IMG/VR virus record: IMGVR_UViG_3300021225_000417
Span: 1 to 61,549 of that record
Source: a virus
Lineage: Duplodnaviria > Caudoviricetes
DNA: 61,549 nt
Reading direction: 5' to 3' (one strand)
Under the pieces are notes generated by a model. The model did no database searches and was not told the origin of the DNA. It saw only the letters and a list, made by a program, of their open reading frames with translations. The position numbers and the translations under genes were made by a program. Positions within the stretch are counted from its first letter, which is position 1, and each line of letters opens with the position of its first letter. Shown piece by piece: positions 18,501 through 26,617 of the stretch.

Positions 18501-19398
18501 AGCAGAAGGTGTCATGACGCCAAAAAACGAGCGGCGGCTTTTGGACATTTTGACGGAGGGCGAGAAGCAGCCCGGCCTGCGCACGGGCATGATGCCTTGG
18601 TATTACATGGACCCGGTCTACAACCGCATGGAGCAAATGTTCGGTCCGGAAGAAGCCGCGAAGCGATATAATATTTTCAACACGACGATCGGCGCGATGT
18701 CGCCCGGTAGTCCCGTGCAGATTGAAATCAATCGCGGCCTCGGCGCGTATCACCTCGCGACGCAAGGTCGTATCGAAGATTTCCTGAATTATGGCGGCAA
18801 TCCGTCCGCCGCTCCGGAAGGAACACTGCCGTCATATGTGCGAGAGGCGATGCTTGGCCACCCGTATCACTCGACGTCGCAAGCGGGGACGCTGAAGCGG
18901 TTCTTCGAGACCGGCGAATACAAAACTGGTTCGCCAAAAGTCCCGCTGTATATTCAGGCATCCGGCGTGCCTGAAACAGGCTTTCAGACGACGCTGCCTG
19001 TGCCGGATGCGCATTACACGCGCATTCTCGGCATGCCTGACGTGCGCAAGACGGACAATCCCGGGACGTCAATGAAAATGGGCGAGTATCGCCCGATCGG
19101 CCCGTGGTTCCGCGAACGCGTCGCGAAGCGCGCGGACATGGAAGCTGTTCCGGCGCAAGCGCTTCTTTGGGGCACGGGGTCAGGCGCGACGGGCGTTGAC
19201 ACTCCAATCGGATCGCCGAAGCTTGAAATGCTCGCGCAGGAGATCGCGAATATCGCGCGCCGGCGTGGCGTCACTCCTGAGACGGCGCGAGACCTTGTCT
19301 TGCGGGGCGAGCTTTACGCTGACGGCGGCTCTGTAATTGACGACGCCATTCGTGTATCATCCAACGTCGCGAACACGCGAGAGCTTGAGGCGGCGTAG
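15586..19398 (+). CDS. Large polyvalent (multidomain) virion-associated protein with an LPD23-like domain
   Basis: LSHPEVYDLYP..LLHEHQHRIQHIEG..Y.RSLGEVTAR; second domain FRIVHDLYGH..GEERAY..ETRGQNSW; third domain SP..PKV..DAH..QALLW. Confidence 0.75.
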   Translation: MADVPQRLDLGLGLGKADPEAYFRRLALYSYAVAPLFPGRRPEGQYAPGLRQYAAGGRILQDEYPTSYMPEVGRQVMADGGAPLSPEDQRAMTHYEGGPGVVEMAPVKFREPLSGYERELFQAPAATAPVLEAGLEFAPYLTPAAPALAARDVVAGLKHGDPVELATAALGAPGKYAKAAILGAAAMMPEEAQATFFGSAAKMSPKIREALEMAKRATARGMSPEGTWALHGFAPDPAGKMIGEVSDLPARLIPSGLEKFRSGQQLPLGELLSHPEVYDLYPGSFSSPVIPFDRSPSHRGYFNQIKDELGSNVRLSDRDLLENLLHEHQHRIQHIEGMSPGTSPDVFPSAERLAAPLKEDLQSANGAMALKAFMERNPTLKPIDAIIEARKAGIPLGPQPLKFSSLGQEELRNTQDLLSSQINRIYETTPDPYQEYSRSLGEVTARLPGERLEMSPEERRLSYPFPDPSQVIVRPISPAVLPNRPNPRWERAREDALALSRQLQERPLPPRLEELVSPEEEALMQYAQELEAQKRAGQAMPPGGALPTIRKDKGGSVIKAALKALGKLMPEGSGYASVPGKPALVNLPGIGKVEARPIPAIESAAEKYMQSAGRPGEHAVSSFPEFNPAFATKVAEAFAEMKHRPGDPAVRRAYDALIDETMAQYRAAKDTGIDFRFLKEGQQDPYAASPALGYEDIVNRGRLFVFPTEQGFGSSGGLIADNPLLKRAGQVGDKPDAVVNDAFRIVHDLYGHFGPGNPFFRAPGEERAYQLHSRMFGPEALPAATLETRGQNSWLNYGPYGEANRSALGADTRFAEQKIGRMPEWTQAPAPAVGEDVEAYIRSLTGKAEGGEVERNDPDMVSRALDLLSQLNPVGAAQAETLPGVVAKALVRKIVPTVKNMARKEPVFPGVYGNPREMAAEAESRVAPEDPIMKQLFGVTRQDIFDIAARRAGNTPPVLKAPPERTRGINYAAEGVMTPKNERRLLDILTEGEKQPGLRTGMMPWYYMDPVYNRMEQMFGPEEAAKRYNIFNTTIGAMSPGSPVQIEINRGLGAYHLATQGRIEDFLNYGGNPSAAPEGTLPSYVREAMLGHPYHSTSQAGTLKRFFETGEYKTGSPKVPLYIQASGVPETGFQTTLPVPDAHYTRILGMPDVRKTDNPGTSMKMGEYRPIGPWFRERVAKRADMEAVPAQALLWGTGSGATGVDTPIGSPKLEMLAQEIANIARRRGVTPETARDLVLRGELYADGGSVIDDAIRVSSNVANTRELEAA

Positions 19399-19437
19399 CC
19401 TCCCCGGGACGCCGGGATTACTGGCCAGGAGAAGAAA

Positions 19438-20472
19438 ATGTCAGACGTCGCCAAAAAGGCCCGCGAGGCCATGAAAGCAAAAGCCCGCAGGCTGGCGGGT
19501 GAAAAAGATCAGAAGGTCGACAGTTCCGACTGGTCGCCGGCCGAGCCGCTAAATGCTGACGTAAAGACGGGCATGCGCCCCGTTGGCAAGGCGCGCGAAT
19601 ACAGCGCCGGCGGGATGGCTTCCGCGCGTCGCGCCGATCGCCGCGGCCGGAAGGCTGGCGGCAAGGTCATGGAGAAGGAAATCGGCGTCGGCATGGCCAA
19701 CAAAGACATGAAGGAAGCCAATGAGCAGCGCGAGGGCAAGAAACACATCGGCGGCATGAAGCGCGGCGGCGCTCTTCCCGAAGTCAAGGTCCCCAAGCCC
19801 GCTCGCGCGGCTGCGCAGCACTACAAGCGCGGCGGGAAAGCCGGCGGCGGAAGCCTGCCGAGCCCTGAGGAGGCGATGAAATCTGAGCAGCGGCTGGGTG
19901 GCTTGAGGGCCACGAAGGCGCCGGCGCAGTCCTTCTCCAAGGATCAGGCGGCCAGCTACGCGCGCGAAGAGGGCTACGCCGCCGCTGATCGGCGCGCGGG
20001 GCGCAAGCGCGGCGGCCGCGCAAAAGGCAAGACCGACATCAAGATCAACATCATCTCCGCCGGCGGCAAGCCGGGCCCGATGCCAATGCTGCCGCCTGAC
20101 GGCGCACCGACTGGCGGCGTCGCGCCTGTGCCGATGCCGGCTCCGGGCGGCGTTCCCGGCCCGATGATGCCTCCGGCGATCGCCGCTCCGCCGCCCATGC
20201 CGGCTCCGGGGCCCATGCCCATGGGCCGCAAGGCTGGCGGCCGCGTCTCGAAAGTCGCCTCGTCCTATAAGGACATGGAGGCTGGCGCCTGCAGCGGCGA
20301 GGGCCGGCTGCAGAAGACGGACATCGCCAAAAAGCATCGCGACGCGCCGGCAAGAAAGGCTGGCGGCCGCGCGCCGAAATCGTATCGTGGCATGACGGCG
20401 GGCGCTGAAAGCGGTAAGGGCCGACTTCAGAAGACCGCGATTGAAAAATCGCAGAGGGCTCGCGGGGCGTAA
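19438..20472 (+). CDS. Basic low-complexity protein with repeated RKAGG/KRGG motifs and a Pro/Met-rich tract
   Basis: AGGAG RBS; at least 7 xxxGG motifs; duplicated SY..M.AGA.SG.GRLQKT.I. Confidence 0.8.
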   Translation: MSDVAKKAREAMKAKARRLAGEKDQKVDSSDWSPAEPLNADVKTGMRPVGKAREYSAGGMASARRADRRGRKAGGKVMEKEIGVGMANKDMKEANEQREGKKHIGGMKRGGALPEVKVPKPARAAAQHYKRGGKAGGGSLPSPEEAMKSEQRLGGLRATKAPAQSFSKDQAASYAREEGYAAADRRAGRKRGGRAKGKTDIKINIISAGGKPGPMPMLPPDGAPTGGVAPVPMPAPGGVPGPMMPPAIAAPPPMPAPGPMPMGRKAGGRVSKVASSYKDMEAGACSGEGRLQKTDIAKKHRDAPARKAGGRAPKSYRGMTAGAESGKGRLQKTAIEKSQRARGA

Positions 20473-20484
20473 TTAACCCTGCGC

Positions 20485-20522
20485 GGGCGGGATGTCGTTA
20501 CCCCCTTTTCGACATCCCGCCC
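20485..20522 (+). other. Stable 13-bp hairpin with a pyrimidine-rich loop
   Basis: gggcgggatgtcg / cgacatcccgccc perfect inverted repeat. Confidence 0.7.
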
Positions 20523-20557
20523 AATAACAACATATAAGGGGAACAAAGGGGATGAAT

Positions 20558-20761
20558 ATGGGCGCGCAAACATATGCGTCGTTCTATGAGCACGAGCTGA
20601 GAAAACTTATTGAGATTGAAATAGAGAATGTGAAACAAAATATGTCTTTCGGCTCTATCCAGTCGTTTGAAGATTACCGCCACGCATGCGGCAAGATTGC
20701 GGGACTGCGCCTCGCGATTGAGTTGATGGCGGAAGCAGAAAAAATCTGCAGTCAAAGATAG
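20558..20761 (+). CDS. Conserved small head-module protein
   Basis: G....F.DY...CG.I.GL pattern typical upstream of phage GroES-like genes. Confidence 0.7.
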   Translation: MGAQTYASFYEHELRKLIEIEIENVKQNMSFGSIQSFEDYRHACGKIAGLRLAIELMAEAEKICSQR

Positions 20762-20781
20762 CGCAGACGAAAGGGGAAGTT

Positions 20782-21174
20782 ATGGCGAACATGCTAATGG
20801 ATCACTCTGTCGACCCAAAAGAGGAAATACTCAAGGCGCTTGGTGATATTTCGCAAATTGAGTTGTTCAACAACCAGATTTTGTGCGCAGTATACATCAG
20901 GCCCGAGAAAACAAAGGGCGGCATTATTTTGACGGATGGCGTCAGAAGCGAAGATCGCTTTCAGGGCAAGGTTGGATTGCTTGTCGCGATGGGTCCGTCT
21001 GCCTTTCAGGACGACAACGGCGAGTGGTTTAACAAAGCGACGTTCAACATGCATGACTGGCTCGTTTTCCGCCCGTCAGATGGCTGGAACATCACGATCA
21101 ATGGTGTTTTGTGCCGAATTTTGGGTGACACACAGGTCAAAATGCGCGTCCCGCAGCCTGATCTCGCGTGGTAA
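20782..21174 (+). CDS. GroES-like co-chaperonin
   Basis: EKTKGGIILTD mobile loop; VGLLVAMGP; DW.VF. Confidence 0.8.
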   Translation: MANMLMDHSVDPKEEILKALGDISQIELFNNQILCAVYIRPEKTKGGIILTDGVRSEDRFQGKVGLLVAMGPSAFQDDNGEWFNKATFNMHDWLVFRPSDGWNITINGVLCRILGDTQVKMRVPQPDLAW

Positions 21175-21185
21175 TGGAGAAAAAT

Positions 21186-22145
21186 ATGTCGAATGAAGCA
21201 GACGATATCGAAATTGTCCTTGAAGAGCAAAAAACAGAGGCAAAAGAAGAACTGAAAATTGAAATTACCGATGAGCCTGAGCCAAAAATAGAAAAAAAGG
21301 CTGAAGCGCCGGAAATTTCTCCGCAGGAAGGCATCAATGAGCTGAAGCGGCGCCTCGCTGAAGAGCAGAATGCGCGCGTCGAGGCTGAGCGCCGCATGCA
21401 GGCGGCGTATCAGCAAGCGCAGCGCGCCAAAGTCGACGTCACCGAGGCCCAATATCATCAAGTGGTCAGCGCCATCGAGACCATTGAGGGTCGGGCAAAG
21501 GCTTTGGAGGCGGCTTATGCCGAGGCCAGCAGCGTCGGGGACTACGACAAGCTGGCGCAGATCAATCGCGCCATGGTCGTGAACCAGGACCAAATGGAGA
21601 GGCTGCGCGCGGGCGAAAAGGCAATCCGCGAGCAGATCGAAATGACGCGCGCCGCGCCGGACGCGCAACCCATTCAGCCGGTCTCGCCGCCTCCGCGCGT
21701 TGATGACATGATCGAGGACATGGCGTCCAAAGTCACGCCACGATCGGCGGCTTGGTTGCGCGGCGCGAAGGATCACTTGCGAGACGAGAAATCCATTCGC
21801 AAGATGTTCAACGCGCACGAGGCGGCCGTGCTTGATGGCATTGAGCCTGACAGCGACGCCTACTTCGAATTCATTGAGCAGCGCCTCGGCATGCGCAAGT
21901 CCGCGCCTGCTGCGCCGCCGCCGGTCGAGGAAGAAGAGAGCGCGCTGTCCGCCGCCGCCGCGCCGGCGCCTGCGCGCCGATCCGCGCCGCCGCCCGCCGC
22001 GCCGGTCTCGCGCGGCGCGCCGCGCCCAGGCACGGTTCGCCTGTCGTCTGCGGAGGCTCAGACGGCAAAAGAACTCGGCATGACGCCGGAAGAATACGCC
22101 CGCAACAAGCAGGCGCTTATCAAAGAAGGCCGCTACGGCAATTGA
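21186..22145 (+). CDS. Putative capsid scaffolding protein
   Basis: Acidic N-terminus, coiled coil, Pro/Ala tract, C-terminal VRLS..E...A..LGMTPEEYA; upstream of the capsid gene. Confidence 0.7.
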   Translation: MSNEADDIEIVLEEQKTEAKEELKIEITDEPEPKIEKKAEAPEISPQEGINELKRRLAEEQNARVEAERRMQAAYQQAQRAKVDVTEAQYHQVVSAIETIEGRAKALEAAYAEASSVGDYDKLAQINRAMVVNQDQMERLRAGEKAIREQIEMTRAAPDAQPIQPVSPPPRVDDMIEDMASKVTPRSAAWLRGAKDHLRDEKSIRKMFNAHEAAVLDGIEPDSDAYFEFIEQRLGMRKSAPAAPPPVEEEESALSAAAAPAPARRSAPPPAAPVSRGAPRPGTVRLSSAEAQTAKELGMTPEEYARNKQALIKEGRYGN

Positions 22146-22159
22146 TGGAGATTGAAAAC

Positions 22160-22729
22160 ATGGCAAACATTACAGAAGCGGCCGCGAAGTTCGCGGAGAG
22201 GATGAAGTCAGAGCAGGCCGAAGACGCGCCGCGCGCGCCCGCGCGTCCAAAGTTGCGCGAGGATGACCCGCGCGCACGCGCCCGTCAGCGCGCGGAAGAG
22301 CTGCGGCAGCACGGCAGCAACGCCGCAAACGAGGCTCCTGACCCGCTTTACGTCGATCCGAACGACATCCCGGACGGCTGGTCCTATGAGTGGAAGATGT
22401 TCACGGTCTACGGCGCAGAAAACCCTGCCTATCAAATTGAGCTGCAGCGCCGGGGCTGGACTGCGGTCCCGCGCGAGCGCCATCCGCACATGATGCCGCT
22501 TGGCAGTAACGAGGCATTTATCATGCGAGACGGCCTGATCCTCATGGAGTGTCCCATGGAGATCGTCGAGGAGCGGCGCGCGGAGGAGCTTCGCGCGGCA
22601 CGCCAGCAGGTCCGCAGCAAAGAGCAGCAGCTCGCCGGCACGCCGGACGGGACAATGACGCGCGATCACGCCAAGGTGCGGCCGCAGATCAAAAAGTCCT
22701 ACGAGGCCATGCCGATCCCGGAGGAATGA
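22160..22729 (+). CDS. Conserved head-module hypothetical protein
   Basis: PDGWSYEW, GW..VP..HP, GLILM pattern. Confidence 0.75.
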   Translation: MANITEAAAKFAERMKSEQAEDAPRAPARPKLREDDPRARARQRAEELRQHGSNAANEAPDPLYVDPNDIPDGWSYEWKMFTVYGAENPAYQIELQRRGWTAVPRERHPHMMPLGSNEAFIMRDGLILMECPMEIVEERRAEELRAARQQVRSKEQQLAGTPDGTMTRDHAKVRPQIKKSYEAMPIPEE

Positions 22730-22730
22730 A

Positions 22731-22946
22731 ATGCATCCTGAAACTTTCGAATATGCGCAACCCACGCCGCGTCAAATTGAGACGATGACGAAATTGCGCG
22801 AGGCCGCCAAGTCTTACGCGGAAGTCGTCGAGGACCTCGTTCCTCCGGGGGGCGACAAGGATCATGTTTTGCGATCAATCCGATCGGCGGCCATGTGGGC
22901 CAACGTTGCCATCACGCGCTACGCCGATGGCGGGCCGCGCGGCTGA
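22731..22946 (+). CDS. Acb2/Tad1-like helical hairpin protein (candidate nucleotide-signal sponge)
   Basis: F.Y..P...Q......R..AK..A......P...K...L.....A.MWAN.AI.R. Confidence 0.55.
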   Translation: MHPETFEYAQPTPRQIETMTKLREAAKSYAEVVEDLVPPGGDKDHVLRSIRSAAMWANVAITRYADGGPRG

Positions 22947-22970
22947 TCGGGAATAACTGACCGTTCAATT

Positions 22971-22998
22971 GGGCCGCCTCTGGGCGGCCCTTTACTTT
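22971..22998 (+). terminator. Intrinsic terminator
   Basis: gggccgcc-tctg-ggcggccc followed by tttacttt. Confidence 0.7.
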
Positions 22999-23030
22999 GC
23001 GCTCTCTGTTTGCAATAATGTTGCCCAGCA

Positions 23031-23146
23031 GGCACACCGCTCGGCGCGGCAGCCGCATCCTCGCCCGGCGCGAGGCGAAACTTTTCCTCCGGTTCCATAG
23101 TCGCTCGGCGCGATGACAGAACCTCCTGTCAAAAGGAGAACCCGTC
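23031..23146 (+). ncRNA. Putative structured 5' leader of the capsid operon
   Basis: Three CGCYCGGCGCG hairpins; alternative stems covering the AGGAG RBS. Confidence 0.45.
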
Positions 23147-23758
23147 ATGCCGAACACGGCTCCAGGTTCGTATAACGGCTTTCAGCAGTATCGAGGCGGT
23201 GGCTCTGCCCCGACCTATGAGCAGGTTGTTGGCACGACTGCCTACAATGCTTCCGCCATTTACTTTGGCGACCCCGTAATCATCAATGGATCGACGGGCT
23301 ATATTCAGGTCGCGACGACGACCGCTGGCACGACCGGCGTTGCGCCGATCGCGGGCGTATTCGTCGGCTGCAAGTATCTCTCTGTCTCGCAGAAGCGCAC
23401 CGTCTGGTCGAACTATTGGCCGGGCAGCGACGTCGCTTCGACGCAGACTGTCGAGGTCTACTACGTCAATGATCCGAACGCGCGCTTCGCGGTGTGGTCC
23501 GACGCGACCGGCATCTCGCAGGCTGACGTCGGCTCGACGGGCGGCTTCAACATTGGCTCCGGCAATGCCTCAAATGGCATCTCGGGCGCCTACCTGAACT
23601 GGGGCACGTCTGGCGGCAACTCCGACAGCACTGGCCCGTTCCGCATCATTGGTCTCGTCGGCGACCCGCCGGGCACGAATGGCACGGAGTTCGGGCCTTA
23701 TGCGCACGTCGTCGTTGCCTTCAACAACGTCGCCACCAAGACCCTGGCCACGATCTAA
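23147..23758 (+). CDS. Putative capsid decoration/cement protein
   Basis: IYFGDPV, GVFVGCKY, V.DP..F; directly upstream of the MCP. Confidence 0.7.
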   Translation: MPNTAPGSYNGFQQYRGGGSAPTYEQVVGTTAYNASAIYFGDPVIINGSTGYIQVATTTAGTTGVAPIAGVFVGCKYLSVSQKRTVWSNYWPGSDVASTQTVEVYYVNDPNARFAVWSDATGISQADVGSTGGFNIGSGNASNGISGAYLNWGTSGGNSDSTGPFRIIGLVGDPPGTNGTEFGPYAHVVVAFNNVATKTLATI

Positions 23759-23771
23759 GGAGTAAGGACCA

Positions 23772-24683
23772 ATGGCTGTTAATCTTTCCGCCATCAAAGA
23801 CCTTCTCCTTCCCGGTCTCCGGGGGGTCGAGGGTAAGTATGAGCAGATCCCGTCGCAGTATGACAAGATCTTCACGAAGCACGACAGTAAGATGGCGCTT
23901 GAGCGCACCGCTGAAATGCGCTTCCTGGGTCTTGCGCAGCTGAAGACGGAAGGCGCTCAGACGTCGTTCGATAACGCCGCTGGCGAGCGTTATGTCTATA
24001 ACCAGGAGCACGTAGAAATTGCTCTCGGTTACGCGATCACCCGCAAGGCGATCGACGACAACCTCTACAAGAGCCAGTTCATGCCGTCGAACCTCGGCTT
24101 GATGGAAAGCTTCCATCAGACGAAGGAAATCTACGGCGCCAACGTGCTGAACACTGCGACGACCTACAATGCGTCGATCGGCGGTGACGGCGTTTCGCTG
24201 CTGAACTACAACCATCCGATTGATGGTGGAACGGTCGCGAACACGCCGCTCGTTCAGGTAGACCTCAACGAAGCTTCGCTTCTGAACGGCATGATCGCCA
24301 TCAGGACGAACTTCCGCGATCAGGCTGGCCTGAAGGTGTTCGCGCGCGGTCGTCGACTGGTGATCCCCGCGGCTCTGGAGCCAACGGCGATCCGCCTGAC
24401 GAAGACGGAGCTGCGTCCGGGCACCGCGAACAACGACGTTAACGCGATCATGATGACGGCCGGCGGGCTGCCGGAAGGCTACATGGTCAACGACTTCCTG
24501 ACGTCGTCCCGCGCGTGGTTCCTGCTCACGAACATTGATGGCCTGTCCTACATGGAACGCATCAAGTTCGAAAGCGACATGCAGGTCGACTTCGTGACCG
24601 ACAACCTGCTGGTGAAGGGTTACGAGCGCTACAGCTTCGGCTACTACAACTGGCGCGCGATCTACGGTTCCACCCCGACTTAA
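23772..24683 (+). CDS. Major capsid protein
   Basis: LLPGL, K.EG...FD, ALGYAITRKAIDDNLY, DGVSL...HP, L.IP..L, AWFL.T, ERYSFG...R; strong RBS TAAGGAG. Confidence 0.9.
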   Translation: MAVNLSAIKDLLLPGLRGVEGKYEQIPSQYDKIFTKHDSKMALERTAEMRFLGLAQLKTEGAQTSFDNAAGERYVYNQEHVEIALGYAITRKAIDDNLYKSQFMPSNLGLMESFHQTKEIYGANVLNTATTYNASIGGDGVSLLNYNHPIDGGTVANTPLVQVDLNEASLLNGMIAIRTNFRDQAGLKVFARGRRLVIPAALEPTAIRLTKTELRPGTANNDVNAIMMTAGGLPEGYMVNDFLTSSRAWFLLTNIDGLSYMERIKFESDMQVDFVTDNLLVKGYERYSFGYYNWRAIYGSTPT

Positions 24684-24696
24684 TGGAGGCTCCCTG

Positions 24697-25881
24697 ATGG
24701 CTATTACGGCATTCACAGGGCCTCTGATCTCCTTCGGAAGCGATCCCGGCACGCCCGGGACCGCCTTCGACGGGGGCACGTCCCTCTTCTATGCGGGCAT
24801 TGGTCTTCTCGACCAGCGCGCGCCCGAAGGTTACTACCCGGGTCAGGAACTCGGCATCGACGCGGTCGGCTGGCTGGGGACCAACTCCATCCAGACGGTG
24901 AACTTCAATCCGTCCACGCAGGCGGCGAACAACATCGCCGCCAGCCAGACGCCGCCTGTTGGCGCCGGTTCTCTGACGCTCGTCTCCTCGACGGCGGCGG
25001 GCATCACCGTCGGCTGCAGCGTCGTCAACCGCAATACCGGCAACACCGTCACCGGTGCGCTCGGAATTGACCTGCCGACGGCGTCTTCGGCGACCAGCAC
25101 GATCTCCGGCAATGTGTTCACGGCGGTTGGCGCAGTGACGGCCACGACGGCCTTCACGATTGGCTCCGTGCTTTCGGGCACCGGGGTCACGGCCAACACC
25201 ACGATTGTCGGGTTCGGAACGGGCACCGGCGGCGCCGGCACCTATTACGTCGACATCCCGCAGACCGTCTCTTCGACGACGATTACGGGACGCGCTGGCG
25301 TGAATGGCGTGCCGGTGATTGCGCAGGGCACGACGACGACGGTCGGTCTTTACAATCCGCTCTGCATGCTTGGGCGGAATGTGAGGATCACCACGGCGGC
25401 GACCGACAACACGGTCTACACCGTCAACGGCTACGATGTTTACGGCTTCCCAATGTCGGAAAGCATCACGGCCAATGGCGCGACGACTGTGTCGGGCAAG
25501 AAGGCGTTCAAGTATATCACCAGCGTCACCGCTCCTGCGGCGGGCACGCGCGGCGCGACCATCACGGTTGGCACCGGCGACGTGTTCGGCTTTCCTCTGT
25601 TCTCCGCTGGCTATCAGGCCATCGCGACAACTGCGGGAACCGCCAACAATCAGGACGTCTCCATCTTCTGGGGAACGCCTCCCTTGATTGCCAATAGCGG
25701 CGCTACGACGGGCTATCTCGCTGGCGACACGACGACGGCTTCCGCTACGACCGGCGACGTTCGCGGGACGTATGCCGTTCAGGACGCCTCGAACGGCACC
25801 AAGCGTCTGATCGTTTATCAGTCGCCCACGCCTGCTCTGATCAGCTCGCTGACGGGCACCTTTGGCGGCTCGCAAGCCTAA
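24697..25881 (+). CDS. Thr/Gly-rich virion structural protein
   Basis: Follows the MCP; G.D..G....E.I..G...V.G.K.FK.I pattern. Confidence 0.75.
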   Translation: MAITAFTGPLISFGSDPGTPGTAFDGGTSLFYAGIGLLDQRAPEGYYPGQELGIDAVGWLGTNSIQTVNFNPSTQAANNIAASQTPPVGAGSLTLVSSTAAGITVGCSVVNRNTGNTVTGALGIDLPTASSATSTISGNVFTAVGAVTATTAFTIGSVLSGTGVTANTTIVGFGTGTGGAGTYYVDIPQTVSSTTITGRAGVNGVPVIAQGTTTTVGLYNPLCMLGRNVRITTAATDNTVYTVNGYDVYGFPMSESITANGATTVSGKKAFKYITSVTAPAAGTRGATITVGTGDVFGFPLFSAGYQAIATTAGTANNQDVSIFWGTPPLIANSGATTGYLAGDTTTASATTGDVRGTYAVQDASNGTKRLIVYQSPTPALISSLTGTFGGSQA

Positions 25882-25893
25882 CAGGAGATCATC

Positions 25894-26103
25894 ATGGGTG
25901 CTTACAAGGGCAAGGCCAGCACGATCAAAGAAGCCGACGAGAAGACCGATGGCTTCAAGAAGGGTGGCGGCTGCATGAAGAAGGGCGGCAAGGCCGTCAT
26001 GTCGAAGGCGGAGAAGGGCAAGAAGCCGGCGCGCGCGTCGGGCGGCGGCGTTTTCTCCTCGGCCAAGAGCGGCTCGCCGCGCGGCAAGGCTCAGCACTAC
26101 TGA
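25894..26103 (+). CDS. Small Lys-rich protein with FKKGG/MKKGG/RASGG motifs
   Basis: AGGAG RBS; followed by a terminator. Confidence 0.75.
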   Translation: MGAYKGKASTIKEADEKTDGFKKGGGCMKKGGKAVMSKAEKGKKPARASGGGVFSSAKSGSPRGKAQHY

Positions 26104-26133
26104 GTTGCTGCGCCGATATCTTCGAGACAATAG

Positions 26134-26158
26134 ACGGGGGCCGCGCGCCCCCGTTTTT
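26134..26158 (+). terminator. Intrinsic terminator
   Basis: acgggggc-cgcgc-gcccccgt-tttt. Confidence 0.75.
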
Positions 26159-26172
26159 GCAGTGAGGCAATC

Positions 26173-26442
26173 ATGGCGAAATCACCAGCGTGGCAGCGTG
26201 CCGCCGGCAAAAACAAAGAGGGCGGCCTGAACGCCAAGGGGCGCGCTTCAGCGAAGGCGCAGGGCATGAACCTGAAGCCTCCGGTATCGAAAGAGCAGGC
26301 GGCGAAAAGCGACAAGGCTGCGGGGCGCCGGTCCTCGTTTTGCGCCCGCATGACCGGCATGAAGCGCAAGCTCACCGGCGCCGCTGCAGCTGCCGACCCC
26401 AACAGCCGCATCAACAAAGCTCTCAGAAAATGGGATTGCTGA
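26173..26442 (+). CDS. DUF6321-like basic phage protein
   Basis: SPAWQR..GKN..GGLNAKGRAS..RR.SFCARM.GM..DPNSRINKALRKW.C. Confidence 0.75.
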   Translation: MAKSPAWQRAAGKNKEGGLNAKGRASAKAQGMNLKPPVSKEQAAKSDKAAGRRSSFCARMTGMKRKLTGAAAAADPNSRINKALRKWDC

Positions 26443-26443
26443 C

Positions 26444-26617
26444 ATGACGAAACCGTTCTGGGAAAAAGACGCCCCAAAGGACGCCAAGAAGCGTGCTTTG
26501 AGCGCGAAAGGTGTTAAAATGGCAAAGGCAAAGGCGCGCGCCGCCGGGCGGCCATATCCCAATCTGGTCGATAACGTCGCCGCGGCGAGGGCCGGCCACA
26601 CGAAGGGAAAGAAATAA
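26444..26617 (+). CDS. Small basic protein (57 aa, absent from the ORF track)
   Basis: Translated by hand: MTKPFWEKDAPK...AKARAAGRPYPNLVDNVAAAR; TAATG coupling to the next gene. Confidence 0.7.
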   Translation: MTKPFWEKDAPKDAKKRALSAKGVKMAKAKARAAGRPYPNLVDNVAAARAGHTKGKK

